A DNA stretch of 33,080 bases from Pedosphaera sp. (GTDB lineage: Bacteria; Verrucomicrobiota; Verrucomicrobiia; Limisphaerales; UBA9464), in contig SIAZ01000002.1 in assembly GCA_009695405.1 (NCBI GenBank), positions 1 through 33,080 on the forward strand, in the 5' to 3' direction. Shown piece by piece: positions 1-9,914 of this stretch. Every line of letters starts with the position of its first letter. The first letter of the stretch is position 1. The notes under the pieces are model-generated. The model saw nothing but the letters and a program-made list of their open reading frames with translations. It had not been told where the DNA came from and ran no database searches. The translations under genes were made by a program, and so were the position numbers.

Positions 1-1
1 G

Positions 2-121
2 CTCCTCAATCCATCTCCGTAACCACTCCACTTCCTCAGATCCCATCCGTCGCCCTTGCAATACTAGTTCTTTAAGCACGCCCTGCTTTATGAGCTCTTT
101 GCCACCGGTAGTCCAGCTCAT
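2..121 (-). CDS. possible 5' end of an unidentified gene running off the left edge (hypothetical, partial)
   Basis: Minus-strand ATG at 121-119 is immediately preceded by an in-frame TGA (124-122). My hand translation, MSWTTGGKELIKQGVLKELVLQGRRMGSEEVEWLRRWIEE, stays open to the window edge. The in-window part is too short for the ORF track. It overlaps the ATG at 90 of the helicase fragment. No family recognised. Confidence 0.2.
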   Translation of the reverse strand, partial: MSWTTGGKELIKQGVLKELVLQGRRMGSEEVEWLRRWIEE

Positions 122-2299
122 TCACCGACAACTTGTGAATGCACCGCACGTGCATGGGCATTGGCGCAATCTGGTCGTGGCGGCGACCGGCACTGGAAAA
201 ACGGTAGTGGCAGCTTTTGATTTCAAGCGGCTCTTTGAGAGTAAGCAGCGGCAAGCACGCCTCTTGTTCGTTGCTCATCGAAAAGAAATTCTCGAACAAG
301 CAGTCGGCACATTCCGGGCTGTTCTTCGAGTCCCAAATTTCGGTGAGCTTTTGGTTGGGCCTCATCTCGCCGCCTGTTACGACCATCTTTTTTGTTCTGT
401 GGATATGCTCGGTTCACGGCGCTTGTGGGAGAAGGTCGGAAGCGAGTTCTACGACTTCATCATCGTGGATGAAGTGCATCATGGACCCGCTGCCAGCTAT
501 CGCGCGATATTCGACCGGTTCAGGCCTCGAATTCTTTTGGGACTGACAGCGACACCCGAGCGTATGGATGGGGCCAGCGTGGCTGCAGATTTTGGCAACC
601 GGTTCGCCGCTGAAATTCGTTTACCGGAAGCGCTCGAAGAAAAACTTCTCTGCCCATTCCATTACTTCGGCGTTGCCGATCCAGTGTCGTTGGCGACTGA
701 CAAATTCTGGCAGGGTGGAAAATACAACATCGGCGAATTGGAAAACGTCTATACGGGTGCCACGCTTTAGCGCTTCAGAGGTTGGATGTGATTGTCAGTT
801 CTTTGCTGCGTTTCGAACCCGATTTAGAGCGCATTCGTGGTATTGGGTTTTGCGTCTCTATTCGTCACGCCGAGTTCATGGCAGAAAAGTTTAATGCACG
901 CGGGATTGTTTCCGCTTTGCTCGTGGGCGACACCGTCACAGCCCAGCGAACTGAATTACTCAACGATTTTCGGGCGGGAGAAATCCGATTCCTATTCACC
1001 GTGGATGTGCTGAGTGAGGGACTCGACATACCAGACGTGAACACGGTTCTCTTTTTGCGTCCCACACAAAGTCTCACGGTGTTCCTCCAGCAACTCGGTC
1101 GTGGTTTGCGCCACGCCCCTGAAAAAGACTGTCTCACGGTGCTAGACTTCGTCGGTCAAGCGCATCGCCGCTACCGCATTGACAGAAAACTGAAGGCGCT
1201 GCTTGCGAAGCGTCGCTTTAATATTCAGCGAGAGGTTGAGATGGATTTTCCTCATCTCCCAGTGGGTTGCAGCATCCAACTTGACAGAATTGCGCGCGAA
1301 TATGTGCTGGCGAACATTCGTGAGAATCTGCGGAACCTCGCTGACCAAGTGCCCGACCGCCTCGAATCCTTCGAGCACGAAGCGGGACTGCCTCTGACGT
1401 TTGGCAACTTTGTTCGCTTCCACGACTACGAACCGGAAGCCTTGTTGTCGCGAAAAACATGGACGCAATGGAAGGCGTTTGCCCGCCTCACCGAGACTCC
1501 CACCGATCCAGACATCAGCCGATTGCAGGACTCGCTCATCAGTGCAGTACAGACAAGCGGGCCCAAGGAAATCGCGCGTCTTCGGAAAGTTGTCACGCAC
1601 TTGAGAGTTGGAGATGTAACTGGGGCACTTACTGAAGCTGGGGACTCGGCGCTGGTTATTCATTACCGCATCTGGGGCAAGCCTGGGGGTAAACTCGGTA
1701 TGGCAAACATCGAAGAATCATATCGGCGTGCGAGCCAGAATCCGTCTCTCCTAGGCGATCTTGAAGAAGTGTTGGCTTGGGCCGACGAAGCGTCCCGTGT
1801 TGGAAATGCATCGCTGACCCTCCCATTCCCATGCTCGCTTGAACTCCACGCTACCTACGGCAGCGACGAAATCAAAGCGTCGCTCGGTGGAGCATCCTTC
1901 GAATCCGCAGGAGTGATCGGCGTTGGTCGTCTTCATTTTCCGCAAATTAAAACTGTGGTGTCATTAGTTACATTTCAGAAAACAGAGAAAGAATTTTCAC
2001 CTAGCACGATGTATCAGGATTATCCAATCAGTCGTGAGTTACTGCACTGGGAAACTCAGAGGCAGACAAGCCAATCGAGCGAATCGGGTCAGGACCTTAT
2101 CCACCACTTGGAGCGCGGATACACAATGTTGTTCTTTGTTCGTTCTCGTAAAAAGGTTGAAGGCATCACGGCCCCGTTCACCTTCCTTGGTCCCGCGAAA
2201 CTGCTGAACTTTCGATCCGAACGTCCCATTCAAATGGATTGGCGTCTCGACCATTCGATGCCTGTGGAGTTGTTCGATGAGAATCGTCGTGGTGGCTGA
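90..2299 (+). pseudogene. SF2 DEAD/DEAH (Res-like) helicase with C-terminal DUF3427 domain, split by a frameshift near 760-785
   Basis: ORF 90-770 carries motif I (VVAATGTGKT), motif II (IIVDEVHH) and motif III (LGLTATPER). ORF 782-2299 is in another frame and opens at 701. It carries the helicase C-lobe (FLFTVDVLSEGLDIPDVNTVLFLRPTQSLTVFLQQLGRGLR) and then a DUF3427-like tail (VSLVTFQKTEKEFSPSTMYQDYPISRELLHWETQ...MLFFVRSRKK). The two halves are consecutive parts of a single helicase core. Only about 31 aa precede the Walker A motif, so the N-terminus may also be truncated. Confidence 0.8.
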
Positions 2300-2520
2300 C
2301 AAAGCTCTTCTGTTACTTTTAAAGATTTCGGCTTACCGCTGCAGAAAAAACCAGTGACGGACCTCGGGAGTCGTGCCAATTCCCAATGCGAAATATATCG
2401 AGACATTCACCTCCACAAGTCGATGGCATCCGCTCGCGCAGAAAGGAGGACGCGGAGTTGGCAGTGTTTTCACCTTATCGCGCTGGATGTTCCGTTGGCT
2501 TCATCACAGACTCTAGTTCA

Positions 2521-3672
2521 ATGAAACCAACGTGCATCATTCTCTCACTCGTGGTCGCCATTGCTTGGGCCGCCAAGCTTGCTGCCGCCGCCACGCCCGC
2601 TTTTTCCGCTACATTACTTCAACCGTTTGTAGACAGGCATGAACTCGCCGGCGCGGTCGCAGTTGTCGTGGGTAGAGACAAGGTGCTCTCGGTCGAGTCC
2701 GTGGGCTTTGCCGATATCGTCGGACGAAAAGCCATGAAAGCGGACACTCTATTCTGGATCGCGTCGCAGACGAAACCCATGACGTCGACGGCACTGATGA
2801 TGTTGGTGGATGAAGGCAAGGTTGCGCTCGACGATGCTGTCGAAAAATATCTCCCAGAATTTCGCGGTCAAATGGTCACGGTGGAGAAGGACGACGCCCA
2901 TACGTTGCTTCGGAAGCCGACCCATCCCATCACCCTTCGTGAGGTGCTCGATCACATGAGCGGCGTACCTTTTATGTCCGCGCTCGAACTACCAACCCAC
3001 GACACCGTGCCGCTGGCGGCATTGGTGCGCAGTTATGCCATTCTGCCCCTCGTGAGTGAACCAGGGACGCGTTATCTCTACTCCAGCGCCGGCATTAACA
3101 TCGCGGGGCGCGTCATTGAGGTGGTCTCTGGAATGCCTTACGAGGACTTTATGCAGCAGCGTGTGTTTAGTCCGCTCGGAATGAAGGACACTACTTTCTG
3201 GCCGAACGAACGACAGGTCAAGCGCGTGGCCAAATCGTACCGCCCGGACGTCACCAAGACGAACCTCGCGGAATTCCAAATCACCCAATTGGCCTATCCG
3301 CTCTCGGATCGCACTCGCCGCTTCCCGATTCCGGCAGGTGGACTTTTCTCCACGGCGCGGGACACGGCGCGTTTTTGTCAGATGCTGCTCAACGGTGGCG
3401 AATGGAATAGCCGGCGCTATATTAGTGAAGTCTCTTTCAAGGAACTGACAAAACGCCAAACGCCCCCGTCGGTGAAGGAAAGCTACGGTCTCTGCTTCGC
3501 TGTCGGCCTAGACTGGTTCGGACATGGTGGAGCGCAAGCGACGAGCATGGAAATCCGCCCCTCGAAGGGGTTAGCTACCATATGGATGGTGCAGCACACT
3601 GGCTTTCCTGGCGAGGGTGGCAAAGCACAAGGGGTGTTCAAGAACTGGGCGCTGGAGCGATTTGGAAAATAA
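2521..3672 (+). CDS. secreted beta-lactamase-family serine hydrolase (class C / esterase-like)
   Basis: SxxK motif in FWIASQTKPMTSTAL, a YSS motif (RYLYSSAGINIAG) and an HGG motif (WFGHGGAQ). I prefer the internal ATG at 2521, which gives a signal-peptide-like start (MKPTCIILSLVVAIAWAAKLAAA), over the track start at 2386. Confidence 0.8.
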   Translation: MKPTCIILSLVVAIAWAAKLAAAATPAFSATLLQPFVDRHELAGAVAVVVGRDKVLSVESVGFADIVGRKAMKADTLFWIASQTKPMTSTALMMLVDEGKVALDDAVEKYLPEFRGQMVTVEKDDAHTLLRKPTHPITLREVLDHMSGVPFMSALELPTHDTVPLAALVRSYAILPLVSEPGTRYLYSSAGINIAGRVIEVVSGMPYEDFMQQRVFSPLGMKDTTFWPNERQVKRVAKSYRPDVTKTNLAEFQITQLAYPLSDRTRRFPIPAGGLFSTARDTARFCQMLLNGGEWNSRRYISEVSFKELTKRQTPPSVKESYGLCFAVGLDWFGHGGAQATSMEIRPSKGLATIWMVQHTGFPGEGGKAQGVFKNWALERFGK

Positions 3673-4083
3673 AATAGGATCTCGTAGGAGGTGCCGCGGC
3701 GGCGATGAAATGATGGCTGAGATTTTAGCGATAAAATGAATCAGTCCGTTCTAATAATCAGCAATGATTCATGGCTGGTCATGGGGTCTGTTTCGTTCTG
3801 TTCGCGCCGAGGTGACGGTTCACGCACAGCGAAGGCGGGCGTTTGTCTGGGTTTAGGTGGAGAGGAAAGGTGCGATCGTTGGATTCTTCGCAGTCACTAT
3901 AAGGTAAGCGTACGCCCAACCCTATGGTTCCCTAGTTAGCGCAAGTAGGATCTTACGCGAATCTCGCCGGACTAGATTTTACTCAATACTTAGGGTCAAC
4001 CGCGGGGGGTGATCTAAAAATTGGCGTATTTTATCCCTGAAGGTCAGCGTTCAACTTCGAGGTTCGGATTAACCACTGAAGCC

Positions 4084-6291
4084 TCAAGGCGTTCGTGTTT
4101 TGTAAAACTGTTGTGTTAACCCGTTGGCCTCTGAATCGAATAGAAATAAAAATCCCTCAGCATCAGTAATCTCTAGAAGATTCGGATGCATCCAATCTTG
4201 AAGATCGATGGAACGTTCGAAGACAAAGGGTTGATCCTGCTCACCGGTGAAGACAAAAAAATCATCGACTGCCGACTTGGGGTAATTCGCAAGCTTCACT
4301 GGAGTTTCGAAGGGTGGCACTCTTGCTCTAAGAATAACCCCATTTTCTCCTCCCGCGATAATCCGTTTCCCCAACACCGTTGCCGTATAGAGGTCGCGAG
4401 TGGTGGGAGCGGAAGCGAGTGTCCATGAGGTCAGATTAGTCGACACGGCCACCGTTCCTGAATTGCCGATAAGATACCATTTATCCCAAGCATGAACGAC
4501 GTCATTCCACCACGTGGTATTACCAACCCGCTGAGATAGCCATGAGGTCGCATTCGTACTGATCATCAAAGTCCCATTCTGACCCACCACTAGCAATCGA
4601 CCTTCGAAAGATCGAACTCGCCACAACCAGTTGGTGGTTGTGGGCGGTAAAACATTCCATCGAATTCCGTTGGTGCTGGTCAGCAAAGCTCCCCGCTCGC
4701 CGGTGGCGACAAATCCGCCCGCCCAATGTCCCACAGAACTCAATGTAGCGGTTGTCCCTGAGTTGCGCCGAGTCCAAGTCGCCGCATCTGGACTGGTGAT
4801 CAAAGTTCCTGCAGTTCCTGTGACCACAATTAGTTCTTCCGAAGCGACTACGGATTGAAGGTCTGCGGTGACCGGCGATGGGACAGAATCCCAAGTGATT
4901 CCTAACGAGTTAACCTGATTCGTCAACAGAACACGGAGAACCACAGCTCCGTTAGTGAATAAGTTCGCAGTGACCAGAGGAAGGAATTCAGAAGTACTTT
5001 TTGCTAAAGTTCCTTTAGCTCCAACGGCAATTAGTAAGTTCGAACGTCCTCCTATCCCATAGAAATCAATGGAGGAGAACCGAGTCGAGACCAGTCCTTG
5101 GTCCCAGATTATTCCGTCAGTACTATCGACAAAAGCTGACCGCTGACCGACCGCCAATACAAACTCAGAAGGGATCTGGTTAGTTGAGAAAACAGGGACT
5201 CCACTTGGGGCAGCGACCGTAATATTAGTCCGAGCAACGAGAACCGAAAGCGAATCCCAAAGGGTCGACAGGGTAGTCGGTTCGGTATAGGACCAACTAT
5301 ATCCGGCCACCGAAGATAGTCGAGTACCTGATACAATCAGGCCGTTATCCGACCCGGCAAGAAGGATGGTTCCTGTCGCAATAAGACTGAGATAATTATC
5401 GACTGGGGCTGGGACTGAGCGGAGCGAATTCACTTCATTCGACCAAATAAACGAGGAGCCAATTTGAACTCCGAACCAGCATTCACCATTGCCGACCACC
5501 ACTCGTTCTGAACCCACAGCCACGGTCGCATTTAGAGCATATTCTGTACTGATGCGGCTGGAATCCCATTGAGAGAGCGAGGCCGTGCGACTGGAGAGGT
5601 ATGTTCCCCGTTCACCGACAGCGAAAAAACCAGTCGTTGATGGAACAACTGAGTTCAGGGCGGCTGTTGTGCGCCCAGACGCTCTTTGAGTCCAGACACG
5701 ACCGTCTGGACTGCTGCCGACCCACCCCTGTTCGCCGACGGCGAGAAAAACTCCGGAACCATAAGCGACGCTTCGTAGCCAATTAGTGGTGCCGGAAGAA
5801 CCGTCCACCCAATTGATTCCATTTGTGCTCACTAAAACGAGTCCAGCATCGCCAACCACCACCAGTCGATCCGCCGAGGCGGCTACGCCCTCCAACCAAT
5901 TTGTTTTGCCAGTAACCGCGGTTTGGAAAACATCTCCATCCGACCATAAAATCACACCTTCTGCCCCTACAATAATGGCGCGGTCGCCTAAATAGGTCAC
6001 AGCTCGTAAGGAGAGTGTTGTATCCGTCGACAAACGGCGCCAACTAGGAAGACTTTCAGCACCGTAGATCGAACCCTGGTCGCCAACGCTGAGATAGAGG
6101 CGATTGGTGCGCCAAGCCAAGCCAGCCACCGAATTACCAAAGGGAGTCGGATTCGACCATTTCCATCTTAAAGCATCGAGGTCAGCACTAAAAACGTGGG
6201 ACGAAGATCCAGCAGTGAGGCCACAAAGAACGATCCAAATCCAAGCCCAAGGACGGCCAAATGTGAAAAGCCTGAATGGATTAAGTTTCAT
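4084..6291 (-). CDS. secreted beta-propeller repeat protein (BNR/Ycf48-like repeats), function unknown
   Basis: More than 10 repeats of a ~40-45 aa unit of the form W..(R)..SGTT..L.SV....G.F.AVG..G....S.DG..W, for example NWVDGSSGTTNWLRSVAYGSGVFLAVGEQGWVGSSPDGRVW. The ATG at 6291 gives a hydrophobic signal (MKLNPFRLFTFGRPWAWIWIVLCGLTAG). The track start at 6324 is also possible. Confidence 0.7.
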   Translation of the reverse strand: MKLNPFRLFTFGRPWAWIWIVLCGLTAGSSSHVFSADLDALRWKWSNPTPFGNSVAGLAWRTNRLYLSVGDQGSIYGAESLPSWRRLSTDTTLSLRAVTYLGDRAIIVGAEGVILWSDGDVFQTAVTGKTNWLEGVAASADRLVVVGDAGLVLVSTNGINWVDGSSGTTNWLRSVAYGSGVFLAVGEQGWVGSSPDGRVWTQRASGRTTAALNSVVPSTTGFFAVGERGTYLSSRTASLSQWDSSRISTEYALNATVAVGSERVVVGNGECWFGVQIGSSFIWSNEVNSLRSVPAPVDNYLSLIATGTILLAGSDNGLIVSGTRLSSVAGYSWSYTEPTTLSTLWDSLSVLVARTNITVAAPSGVPVFSTNQIPSEFVLAVGQRSAFVDSTDGIIWDQGLVSTRFSSIDFYGIGGRSNLLIAVGAKGTLAKSTSEFLPLVTANLFTNGAVVLRVLLTNQVNSLGITWDSVPSPVTADLQSVVASEELIVVTGTAGTLITSPDAATWTRRNSGTTATLSSVGHWAGGFVATGERGALLTSTNGIRWNVLPPTTTNWLWRVRSFEGRLLVVGQNGTLMISTNATSWLSQRVGNTTWWNDVVHAWDKWYLIGNSGTVAVSTNLTSWTLASAPTTRDLYTATVLGKRIIAGGENGVILRARVPPFETPVKLANYPKSAVDDFFVFTGEQDQPFVFERSIDLQDWMHPNLLEITDAEGFLFLFDSEANGLTQQFYKTRTP

Positions 6292-6564
6292 AACAATGAA
6301 TTGCAACGGGGAAACGACCGACAATCATTATCCTAAAAATAGGGGCAATGTCAGCATTACAAAACGCGCTCTAAAAAACCTGCTGGCCCTTCGGTTCTTA
6401 AACGTGGAGGGGTTTGCAAAGGCACCCATAAAATAAACCATAGACTCGGGGTTCCAAATGGCTCAAAAAGAATCGTAACTACTCGGAAAGCTCCTAGACT
6501 GAAATTGCCAATCGGTTGAGTGAATTAAAGCATCAATCTGCGAACGCACCCTCTAGCTAAAGAG

Positions 6565-7544
6565 TCAACCTGCAGGCATGACAAGTTCCGCGCTAAAGGA
6601 ATTGACGTCAGAGACCAAGATCGCCCGACGGTGGAGTCGCTTTAATTCAATCGCGTCGGTAAGGGACTGCACATGCTCGCGCAACAGTTCGGTTACTTCT
6701 CCAAATCGAGTTTCTAAAACATCTAAGACGGCTTCTTGAGCCTTTTTGCGGTTTCCTTCTTGGCGGCCTTGTTCAATGCCTCGTTCAATGCCTCGTTCAA
6801 GGACGGCGAGTTCGAAACTGCTGATGGGAATCATGGCGTTTGTTTTTTGTTGGGCTTGGAGTTCAGTGTTAAGTTGTTTTGTCAGATCTTCAGGTAAGGT
6901 CATCAACCAGTCAATTAAGGAGAGGATTTTGCTGACTTTTTCAGCGTCCATCCCGCGTTGAAAAAGGGCGCAGATCATTTTGCGTTTGAGCTGATAACGC
7001 CTAGGGAGATCGTTCATTGTCTTCTGGGCCGCTAAGTGGGCGTCAATCACCCAGGCCACAGGATTCCCCTTATTGCGTGCGAGGGTGAGTCGGCGGCCGA
7101 GATTGGAAAGTTTTACTGTGCCAAATTCAAAAATGCTTTTGTTTTTTTGAGGAGAGCTTTTTTGTACTCGGAGGGTTGCCAATCGGGATCGGTGTCGCCG
7201 TAGACGACGAAACTGAAGGCGGTTTCCTCGTAGCGCCCATAAATACGACAATTGTAGAGGTAGATGCGTTCTTCGAAGTTAGTTTCTTTTTGGCACTGGA
7301 TTTCGAGATGGATCAAGATGCCGCGCTGGCGCTGATCTTTGAGGGCTACTTTGACTATTTTATCGACACGCTGAAGGCCTTGATCGGCATTGTGAGTGAT
7401 TTTTTGGAATTCTGTATCGAGCCACTCTATAGGTTGTGCCCAATTGATAATGTTGGCGATGGATGGAAAGCAGAGGTCCATGAAAGGTTCGAAGAATTCT
7501 TCCAAGGTAGATTTCCAAGCGCCGTCGAATTGAATGGGAGGCAT
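6565..7544 (-). pseudogene. Rpn-family / PD-(D/E)XK nuclease-like putative transposase with DUF4351-like C-terminus, frameshifted in a homopolymer tract
   Basis: N-terminal ORF 7544-7113 reads MPPIQFDGAWKSTLEEFFEPFMDLCFP...ILIHLEIQCQKETNFEERIYLYNCRIYGRY. C-terminal ORF 7251-6565 reads FEFGTVKLSNLG...NPVAWVIDAHLAAQKT...ILSLIDWLMTLPEDL...ERGIERGIEQGRQEG. Together they read as one family member in two frames. The join lies in the minus-strand A-runs (T4/T7/T6 on the plus strand at 7137-7163). Confidence 0.7.
6771..6802 (-). repeat. 12-bp tandem repeat (about 2.7 copies) inside the Rpn-like gene
   Basis: gttcaatgcctc at 6771-6782 and again at 6783-6794, followed by a partial copy gttcaagg. It encodes the ERGIERGIEQG segment. 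Confidence 0.85.
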
Positions 7545-8169
7545 ATCTCAGGATTAGGTTTTCCGGAGAGTGCCAGAATTCGTGATAGATCAACCATGAG
7601 CGAGTCGCGCCCATCCCCTCTTTGGGTAAGAAAGGGGAATCAGATTTTATAGAATTTCAGGCCAAAGCTGCATCAAACCATGGCCCTGAGTGAATGAGAA
7701 TAGGGATCGACATCAGAGTCCTTGAGTTCTCGCCTTTGAATAATCCTGTCGCTTGCTATGCACCCAACCTATCGGATCTGTGGTAAATTGAGCCCAGAAG
7801 AAAAAGTCAGTTCTTTCACGAAAAACTTCGCACGGACGACCTGAATAGTTACAAATTAACTAGGGTGGCTAGAGTGAACACTTGCTTGGTGAGAATCCTG
7901 CATTCCCCCTGTTCGATGAGGCTTTGATTAAATGCGCGCAAAAGTTTGGATGGCTCCGAGCCTCATTAACTCGAGTCACAACTCTTTATCTCGCGATTGT
8001 TTACGAAAGGGTAAAGATATTCGCTCTTTGGGCTGGTAGAATTTACTTAGCTTTTCGTAAGGTGTTGCGGAGGGCTGACCTCGGTTCAAAGCACCTCGGT
8101 TTCGCCCTAGCAAAAAGGAGTACGTTGCAACTTTCTCATCAACCAAAGGGGCGTTTGATTGTGACACAA

Positions 8170-8949
8170 ATGATAAAAATTTGCTTTTTGCAATCAGGGA
8201 AATACGGGAAAAATGGAGGCTTTAGCCTGATCGAATTGCTGGTGGTAATTGCTATTATTGCTCTCATTGCCGCGCTGTTATTGCCAGCCCTGTCTGGTGC
8301 TAAATCCGCTGCTTTGAGCACTCAGTGTAAAAACAACCTGCATCAAGTCGGGTTGGCGTTGCATTTGTATACGGCGGAGCATCGGGTTTTCCCGTACACC
8401 GTCGACGCCAACACCACTAATAATTGGATAACGGCAATTGCTCCAGGGTACGGAGATAGTCAAAATATTTTAAAATGCCCTAGTTTTAAGGGGGAATGGC
8501 CTTTGGATCAGGCGATCGTTTGGATCTTTGGTAATGCCTATATGCGTGGACCAACTGGACCGGAAAAACAGGTTGGGGTCAGTTATGGTTACAACGGATT
8601 CGGAATTAGTTCGGTCAACAAAACTCTTTGGAAGGATAACTTGGGACTGGGATTTGTGGTGAGTTCAGGACAGGAAGTTCCCCAAGTGCAGGAAGACCAA
8701 GTGGTAGCTCCAGCCGATATGATCGCCATTGCCGATTCCATGTCCCAACCCGGATTCCCTCAGTATTTCTCCTTCCTCCTTTCTATAAATGGAATCCTTT
8801 CCAAAAACAGACATAATGGCGGTGCTAATGTTCTTTTCACGGATGGTCATGTTCTTAGTCAACGTACCCAACAATTGATTGAGGATACGGTCGTTAACCG
8901 AAGCCGCTGGAATCGAGATCATCAACCCCATCTTGAGATCCCATTTTGA
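8170..8949 (+). CDS. prepilin-type N-terminal cleavage/methylation domain protein with DUF1559-like H-X9-DG C-terminus (pseudopilin-like)
   Basis: The leader plus hydrophobic helix [30 protein letters not shown] must sit near the N-terminus, so I prefer the ATG at 8170 ([24 protein letters not shown]) over the track start at 7882. The C-terminal [13 protein letters not shown] matches H-X9-DG. Confidence 0.85.
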   Translation: MIKICFLQSGKYGKNGGFSLIELLVVIAIIALIAALLLPALSGAKSAALSTQCKNNLHQVGLALHLYTAEHRVFPYTVDANTTNNWITAIAPGYGDSQNILKCPSFKGEWPLDQAIVWIFGNAYMRGPTGPEKQVGVSYGYNGFGISSVNKTLWKDNLGLGFVVSSGQEVPQVQEDQVVAPADMIAIADSMSQPGFPQYFSFLLSINGILSKNRHNGGANVLFTDGHVLSQRTQQLIEDTVVNRSRWNRDHQPHLEIPF

Positions 8950-9871
8950 ATTCAAAACACCAAGAATCGAACGAGTATGACGGTATCGGTTTTTAGAAAA
9001 CTGCCTCCCCTAATGACAATGCTTGGATTGCGACTGTGGCATCAGCTTTTGGTTACGGCGACAATGCTTCTTCCTACTAGGCCCCTTTCGAGACTACGAT
9101 CACACCTATTTCAGATCTTCAGACCTTAGAATTTCTAGGGTAAATCTATAAAATCAGGTGAGACTTCAAATCCCTAAATTTTAAGCGATTTTATGCGGAA
9201 GCGGGTTTATCGGAGCGAATGCCCGACGATCAAACCGCTGATATGTTTCTAGGGTTGATCGATGAGGGGCACCCCCGCTGGGGACTCCGACAAATCCGCC
9301 AATTTCGAGTCAGCCCGCCCGCTCGACACCCGTGACCCCCTCAGAACAAATTTGAAAAACGAAAATGCTGCGAGTTGTTCTCAAGTTCCAACCGCCGGAC
9401 TGCTGACCAATGGAACCTCGGATAAATCAGTGGGCCTCCGCGGTTTCCACCTCGCCGTCGATCGGCCACAACACGCAGTCGTCTCCCTTTTTTTAGATCC
9501 TAAGCCCGGTAATTACGGGTGCAAGCAGGCCGTTGTTTTAATCTTCGGCCCGTTGATGGGGGCCATTTCCAAGGTCGTTGGAACCACTTAGGACATCCTC
9601 GCTCAATGACTGGGCGCACTTGGGATTAGTGCCTGAGCAATCTTCTAGCGAAATTTAGGGAAACACCCCGTCAATTGTGAACTGAATGCGCCGCATTTCA
9701 TCGGCTCCGTTAGAAACGTCTTGTGAGAGAGGTCACGACTAGCCGCAGCCGGTTTGGACTCACGAAACAATTGGTCCGAGCTCTCTAAGGTTGTTTTTAC
9801 GTCGGCAGGCTCCCGCGAATATAGGTAGTGATTAACCCAGATTTTCAATCGGTGAATGTGCGCGCAATTTC

Positions 9872-9899
9872 AGCGCGATGGAACCCAGATCGTCGCGCT
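9872..9899 (-). terminator. possible terminator hairpin downstream of the Tat-paralog operon
   Basis: A 10-bp stem (agcgcgatgg / tcgtcgcgct, including 2 G-U pairs) with an 8-nt loop. It lies 16-43 nt past the stop at 9915 on the minus strand. No clear U-tract follows, so the call is weak. Confidence 0.3.
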
Positions 9900-9914
9900 A
9901 TCTCGCAACGATTC

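Noticed and set aside
1142-1663. Long antisense ORFs inside large genes, for example 1142-1663, 2989-3459, 19637-20224 and 30394-30789.
   Set aside because: Each is fully embedded opposite a gene with strong family motifs. Their translations are Arg/Ser/Gly-rich with no motifs, as expected for shadow ORFs in moderately GC-rich DNA.
2386-2520. An N-terminal extension of the serine hydrolase ORF.
   Set aside because: The internal ATG at 2521 gives a standard signal peptide. The upstream 45 codons are Arg/Ser-rich with no signal or domain character.
3736-3939. A 67-aa ORF in the intergenic region after the hydrolase gene.
   Set aside because: No motifs and atypical composition. It probably lies in the non-coding spacer between convergent genes.
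4010-4085. A possible tRNA or terminator near aggttcggattaacc, downstream of the propeller gene.
   Set aside because: I could not build a T-arm, an acceptor stem or a convincing inverted repeat by hand.
7882-8169. A long N-terminal extension of the pseudopilin-like ORF (track start 7882).
   Set aside because: The prepilin cleavage/methylation motif must be close to the N-terminus. The ATG at 8170 places it there, and the extension has no recognisable features.
9262-9848. Track ORFs 9262-9591 (plus strand) and 9645-9848 (minus strand).
   Set aside because: No recognisable family motifs and low-complexity or odd composition. I treat them as part of the long non-coding or decayed region.
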